Positions 59,231 to 64,000 of a DNA stretch of 64,000 nt are shown here, one piece after another (position 1 is the stretch's first letter; each line of letters opens with the position of its first letter). Source of the DNA: Candidatus Altimarinota bacterium (lineage in GTDB: Bacteria; Patescibacteriota; Gracilibacteria; UBA4473). The translations under genes and the position numbers were made by a program. Location: assembly GCA_965231215.1 (NCBI GenBank), contig OZ246423.1:480001-544000 (forward strand), in the 5' to 3' direction. The notes under the pieces are model-generated. The model did not search any database. It was not told the DNA's origin and saw only the letters and a list, made by a program, of their open reading frames with translations.

Positions 59231-60592
59231 TTACAAAGATTCCTGAGTTACCCCTAGGATAACTTTAATATCTACAATACTGTTGTTGGTATTTTGATCT
59301 GATTCAATGTGCTCCAGAGTCGATCTATTTTCAAAACCCAAAAACTCCTTAATAAAGTTCTGCGTAAGGGTCGTGCTATTACTAGAGATAACTTCAAAAA
59401 AAGATCTAAAGACGGGTTTCTGATCTTGCTTGTAGTTTCCGGTTTCAATTACATGAAATCCAAATTTTCTAAGCCGAGTAGCCATATCCCCAGCCAGACC
59501 GTTAATCCCTGACCCATTCAAGACAGAAATCTGAGCATTTTCAAGCAATACTTCAGGCGTAATAAGGGTTAACTCAATAAACTTTTGGGTATCTCTTAGA
59601 TTTTCTGGAAGCAGCACAAACTGTCCTCCATAAAACTCTCGTGCCGGCGCATACAAAAATCCACCTCGCTCTAATGGATCATCATTAAGAACAGCGCTTA
59701 CTAGGTTATCATAGTTCAGTTCAGAAGCAGTCTTAGTGAGAACTAAGATTTCCTTAATCCCAAGGTCTGTATTCACGTTAGATTTAAACACCTGGTACAA
59801 AGATTTAATCCGCTCTGTATCAAATAAGATATCTGAATCCTGCGCTTTTTGTTTGATGGCCATAATCAAATCTTGCTGGCGTCTGGCTCGACTGTAATCT
59901 GAAGAAGTCTTGCGACTTCTGGCATATTTAAGAGCCGTAGGCCCGTCTAACGTTTGAATTCCTTTCCGAATCACAAACCGCTGATACCCATAATTATCTG
60001 CCGGATAAAACGGATCATCAATATCCTCAGGTACAAACATTTTTATACCCCCAAGTTCATCAACCGTATCTTCAAATACCTGGAAATTTACGACCGCTCC
60101 ATAATGAATTTCAATGTTAGTGAAGTGACTTATGGCTTGTTTAGCAATTGCGAGCCCTTTTTGATCTCCGTATTTATATCGAGCTGCTGCATAAATTTCA
60201 TTTACTTTCCTAGCTCCGGCTTCAGAATCTATGTACAGATCTCGAGGCAAGCTCAACATAGAAACCGTTGGTTTTTTATGGTTAATCGAAACTATCATAA
60301 TAGAATCCGACAAATTCCCGCCTTCTTCATTTTTACCCGCCACCCCTAAAAGCAAAAGATTTGTATTCCCATATTCATCCTCCTCTAAGAGTGAAAAACT
60401 TGGCAGGACTCTCGTTGATCCTTCACCAAAATGCCCCCACTTTAATAGAGCTGTGCCTATCAGAAATATAAAACTGATTAAAAAGGTGAAAAAAAGGAAC
60501 CAAGCCCCTCGCCCGCCAAATATATCTCGAACTTTTTGCCAGAGCTTCACTTTTGATTTTTTCTGGCGAATTTTTTTTACCTTAAAACTCAT
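59231..60592 (-). CDS. LCP (LytR-CpsA-Psr) family protein with LytR C-terminal domain
   Basis: NLLLLG, SDSIMI, LSLPRDL, ALKYARSR..SSDYSRARRQQ, VLNGSGINGLA. Confidence 0.92.
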   Translation of the reverse strand: MSFKVKKIRQKKSKVKLWQKVRDIFGGRGAWFLFFTFLISFIFLIGTALLKWGHFGEGSTRVLPSFSLLEEDEYGNTNLLLLGVAGKNEEGGNLSDSIMIVSINHKKPTVSMLSLPRDLYIDSEAGARKVNEIYAAARYKYGDQKGLAIAKQAISHFTNIEIHYGAVVNFQVFEDTVDELGGIKMFVPEDIDDPFYPADNYGYQRFVIRKGIQTLDGPTALKYARSRKTSSDYSRARRQQDLIMAIKQKAQDSDILFDTERIKSLYQVFKSNVNTDLGIKEILVLTKTASELNYDNLVSAVLNDDPLERGGFLYAPAREFYGGQFVLLPENLRDTQKFIELTLITPEVLLENAQISVLNGSGINGLAGDMATRLRKFGFHVIETGNYKQDQKPVFRSFFEVISSNSTTLTQNFIKEFLGFENRSTLEHIESDQNTNNSIVDIKVILGVTQESL

Positions 60593-60639
60593 CAGATCAA
60601 TGGTACAAAATTACGTATAACGATCAACGGGCTTTTATA

Positions 60640-61767
60640 CTAAAAATTAACAATATTTTCCCAGCTCAAATCCAGATCTTCTCGCCCAAAATGACCATAA
60701 GCGGCTGTAGGCGCATATATAGGTTTTTTAAGATTAAGATATTCAATAAGGGCTTTAGGCTGAAGTGGAAATTTTTCTCGAACCAGTTTTTCCAAATCAG
60801 TTGAAGTTTTCGTGCCCGTCCCAAAAGTCTCTACCATCACCGAAACTGGATCAGCTACTCCGATGGCATAAGCAATCTGGACTTCGCATTTTTCGGCGAG
60901 GTCGTTGGCCACGATATTTTTAGCAATGTGTCGAGCCATATAAGCGCCTGATCTATCTACTTTAGAAGGATCTTTCCCAGAAAAACAACCGCCTCCATGG
61001 CGTCCCATACCTCCGTAAGTATCTACAATAATTTTCCGTCCCGTGAGTCCACAATCTCCTTGCGGTCCCCCAATTACAAATTTCCCAGTAGGATTAATAT
61101 GAAATTTAGTATCCCCCTCAATCCATTTTCCCAAAACAGGCTCAATTACTTTCGCTTTTAAATCTGATTTTATCTGGTCTTGTGAGATCTCAGGCGCATG
61201 TTGAGCTGACATCACAACCGTATCGACTCTCACCGGTTTTCCCTCTTGATAAACGACAGAAACCTGAGCCTTTCCATCTGGACGCAAATAGTCAATGTCC
61301 CCTAATTTTCGCACTTCAGTCAGTTTCCGAGTCAGCTTATGAGCTAGAGAAATTGGCAGGGGCATAAGTTCAGGCGTTTCTTTGGTCGCAAACCCAAACA
61401 TCATCCCTTGATCTCCCGCCCCCTGTGCGCGATCTTTATCTTCATCAACGCCTTGGGCAATATCAGGAGATTGTTCATCAATGGCACTAAGCACCGCACA
61501 AGATCGCCCATCAAAACACATATCGCCATGATCGTATCCGATCTCAATAATGCGATCTCGGGCAATTTTTTGAATATCAATATAATCCGCATGGGAGGAA
61601 ATTTCTCCAGAAACTACCACTAACCCTGTATTAACTAACACTTCACAAGCCACTCTCGAGTTTGGGTCTTTGGCTAAAAAAGCATCCAAAACCGAATCTG
61701 AAATTTGGTCTGCAATTTTATCTGGGTGTCCTTCGGTTACTGACTCTGATGTAAAAATTATTTTCAT
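60640..61767 (-). CDS. metK: S-adenosylmethionine synthetase
   Basis: [57 protein letters not shown]. Confidence 0.98.
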   Translation of the reverse strand: MKIIFTSESVTEGHPDKIADQISDSVLDAFLAKDPNSRVACEVLVNTGLVVVSGEISSHADYIDIQKIARDRIIEIGYDHGDMCFDGRSCAVLSAIDEQSPDIAQGVDEDKDRAQGAGDQGMMFGFATKETPELMPLPISLAHKLTRKLTEVRKLGDIDYLRPDGKAQVSVVYQEGKPVRVDTVVMSAQHAPEISQDQIKSDLKAKVIEPVLGKWIEGDTKFHINPTGKFVIGGPQGDCGLTGRKIIVDTYGGMGRHGGGCFSGKDPSKVDRSGAYMARHIAKNIVANDLAEKCEVQIAYAIGVADPVSVMVETFGTGTKTSTDLEKLVREKFPLQPKALIEYLNLKKPIYAPTAAYGHFGREDLDLSWENIVNF

Positions 61768-61889
61768 GTTGTTTCTTGCTTGTCATGGCGAACGGTGAAA
61801 AAATTTTAAAGCCTAAGTGTGCACTCTAATTTGATTTAGATCGCTTCGGGCAAGGCTGTTAATAGTTTCAATCTCTCAATGACATAAAT

Positions 61890-62017
61890 TAAAAAATAAA
61901 AGAAGTAAGGCGGTACTTCCCTTTTACCGTTATCATCCTGAATGGGTGGAGCACCTTTCCCCAAAGGGGCGGTTGCTGACGGATCAAAGAGCCATACCTC
62001 TTACCGTCTCTTGATAA
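61890..62017 (-). ncRNA. SAM-I family riboswitch with downstream intrinsic terminator, upstream of metK
   Basis: Minus strand TTATCAAGAG...CAGCAACC...AAGGTGCT...GATAA core, then gaagta-ccgcct-tacttc and a U tract. Confidence 0.85.
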
Positions 62018-62081
62018 AAACGAAGCCCTAGGATGATAATTTTTAATTGTGACAAAGCAAATTTTTCAGAATAATAGACTC

Positions 62082-62630
62082 ATGAACCATCCCATAGATT
62101 GGTCTCGTTTTCATAAAGATTTTCCTGTGACCTTTGTCATTTTGGTTATTATTTTCGGCCTTTTTGGTGCCTATCATTTAGGCTTAATCCAGCCACAACT
62201 AGCCTTCCCTGGAGTTATAGATTACACCACTTGGAGTGCGCATTTTTTTCATTCAAAAATATGGCATATTGTTTCTAATTTGATCATCCTCATTTTTATG
62301 GGAATTCTTTTGGAAAGACATTTAGGACCAAAGTTATATGCTTTAACCATTTTTCTAATCTGGAATATTTTAGTCTTTCTCATGTTCTGGATTTCTACAG
62401 ATCCAGTGTATGGATTTTCTGGAATCGGCCTTGGATTACTTGCCTATGGTACAATTTATTTGAGACATGATCCGCATGGATATCAATTACTTCTGCCCCT
62501 TTTAATTGTAAATATAGCCTTTGGACTTTTTCCCGGGGTTTCCTTTTGGGGACACTTACTAGGTGCCGTTGCAGGGTTTTTAACTTATGGAGTTGAAAAA
62601 CTCATTTTTGGGCCATATTTGCGATATTAA
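62082..62630 (+). CDS. Rhomboid family intramembrane serine protease
   Basis: H....HIVSN, GFSG (catalytic Ser), GHLLGAVAG (catalytic His). Confidence 0.88.
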   Translation: MNHPIDWSRFHKDFPVTFVILVIIFGLFGAYHLGLIQPQLAFPGVIDYTTWSAHFFHSKIWHIVSNLIILIFMGILLERHLGPKLYALTIFLIWNILVFLMFWISTDPVYGFSGIGLGLLAYGTIYLRHDPHGYQLLLPLLIVNIAFGLFPGVSFWGHLLGAVAGFLTYGVEKLIFGPYLRY

Positions 62631-63664
62631 CGCTTAAATTTAGTCTGAACATAGAAACACAATAGAACCGCAAAAGGAAGTATAATTCCACCCCAGCTAA
62701 GCCAAGGCATAGCCCCCAAAAATTTGAATAAAAAGTAATAGATCTCAAACCCGAACAATATATTAAACGGCAATACTATTCCCACCGAAAGAGCTACACT
62801 GGTAGCGATGGCTTTTTGAGCGGCTTTAGTTTTTATAATCGAAGAACTTTTAAAGATTTCCTCCATACAAATAGGAACTAAAACATAAGAAGCCGAGGCT
62901 AACAATATTGCAAATACAAAAGCCTCTGAGGCTGAATACCCCAATAAAAATGCCACAGAAGTGCCCCACACGCCTCCTAAAAAAGCCATTCCCACTCCCG
63001 TCCACAGTAACGATCCAATCGAAACTTGAGTTTTTTTAAGGCTTGAAGCAGCCTTACGTCCCATCTCAAATAAAAAGTAAATCAAAACAGGGGTAAAGAT
63101 CACTTTAAAAAATACGTCATACCAGAAATATGTATTGAGATCAGAAAATAAAATTCCCAAAAAAATAGCGGTCACTAAGGTTAAAAATGAGGTGTCTTTT
63201 CCTAAGGCTTTAAAAAGATTTATAAGTGGAATTTTCAACATTAAAACTCCGACAAAAATAGCCGGTAGCTCCATCAACGCCAGCCATACCACAACACTAT
63301 CAGATGCCTGATACCCCAAAGAATCAAGAAAGGCTAAACCAGCCACAAACGTCCCCACACTCACAGATCCAAAGTGAGTTGCGATAGAAACTCTTACAAC
63401 CTCAGAAAAAGAAGTGGTATAACGAAGCAATCCCAGCACTATAAAAGTCCATAAAATAGAAAAAAATACCGCTATCGATCCAGTAAAAGTAATCTCTGTC
63501 AGAGGCTCCGTAACGAGGGCTGCACCACCGCCAAACCCAATCTTAAAAAGCAGATAAAAAACAACGCCCTTATATATTAAATTTCTTAAATTTTGAGGCC
63601 GGCCTTTAATAAAAGGTTCCAAAAAATATTGAACCCCACCTCCAAACAAGAAAGCTCCAATCAT
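62627..63664 (-). CDS. SbtA-family sodium-dependent bicarbonate transporter
   Basis: LLFKIGFGGG, ATHFGSVSVGTF, MELPAI, FLFEMG, LASASY..VP, LPFNILFG. Confidence 0.8.
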   Translation of the reverse strand: MIGAFLFGGGVQYFLEPFIKGRPQNLRNLIYKGVVFYLLFKIGFGGGAALVTEPLTEITFTGSIAVFFSILWTFIVLGLLRYTTSFSEVVRVSIATHFGSVSVGTFVAGLAFLDSLGYQASDSVVVWLALMELPAIFVGVLMLKIPLINLFKALGKDTSFLTLVTAIFLGILFSDLNTYFWYDVFFKVIFTPVLIYFLFEMGRKAASSLKKTQVSIGSLLWTGVGMAFLGGVWGTSVAFLLGYSASEAFVFAILLASASYVLVPICMEEIFKSSSIIKTKAAQKAIATSVALSVGIVLPFNILFGFEIYYFLFKFLGAMPWLSWGGIILPFAVLLCFYVQTKFKR

Positions 63665-63808
63665 TGCCGCAACACCCCAACTTATTTTTTATTAAATTTA
63701 ATAGATTTTTTTGATTATAAAGTTTTTGGGAAAAAGAGGAAATTCCAAGCCAAAACGCTGGAATTAAAACGCTTAAAGTGTTATAATAAAAAGATTATTG
63801 AGATAGTA

Positions 63809-64000
63809 ATGAACCAAAATAAAATAAAATTACTCACCATAAGCGCTCTGATTACCACAGGGCTGTGTGTAAGTTTTAACCTCGCTTACCCAATTTTATG
63901 GAAAAGTAACGAAAGTACAGGAAAAATAAAACCACCAAAACAAGCTCCCAAAGATTTAGAAATAGAGGAAAACAAAAACGACCTAGGAAAAGCTCGAAAA
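63809..64000 (+). CDS. Partial ORF with N-terminal membrane anchor (runs off the window)
   Basis: MNQNKIKLLTISALITTGLCVSFNLAYPILW... open to the window end; TATAAT upstream. Confidence 0.55.
   Translation, partial: MNQNKIKLLTISALITTGLCVSFNLAYPILWKSNESTGKIKPPKQAPKDLEIEENKNDLGKARK

Overview
AT-rich bacterial chromosomal window with no prophage, integrase or CRISPR seen. It looks like a CPR/Patescibacteria genome using genetic code 11, probably Peregrinibacteria-like. This taxon call is an inference from five TrbC/VirB2-like pilins, a VirD4-like ATPase, SLH and PKD proteins and mostly SD-less leaders. Housekeeping content: comM/yifB, ruvA, a stand-alone secY, the infA-rpmJ-rpsM-rpsK-rpsD-rpoA-rplQ-rplM-rpsI operon, pcrA, glgP, trxB, murC, metK with a SAM-I-type riboswitch, four tRNAs (Ala, Ile, Leu, fMet) and a type IV pilus cluster plus pilT. 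Five things most deserve a second look. (1) A five-gene signalling locus at 4.3-10.3 kb: an OmpR regulator, two small ORFs, a helical-PAS-GNAT protein whose acyltransferase-like domain resembles thermostable hemolysin/FeeM/LuxI, and a 7TM histidine kinase, with a shared TTAA-N7-TTAA box; it resembles an autoinducer synthase-receptor circuit. (2) A 10.8 kb operon of VirB2-like pilins, a pilin-PKD fusion, a PKD protein with a helical-repeat stalk, a membrane PKD protein and a VIT-vWA-SLH protein. (3) Exact 152-bp tandem repeats carrying the tRNA-Ala 3' end. (4) An ECF sigma/anti-sigma module with SigW-like promoters. (5) Dispersed palindromic elements, including ones read in frame within a prepilin leader.
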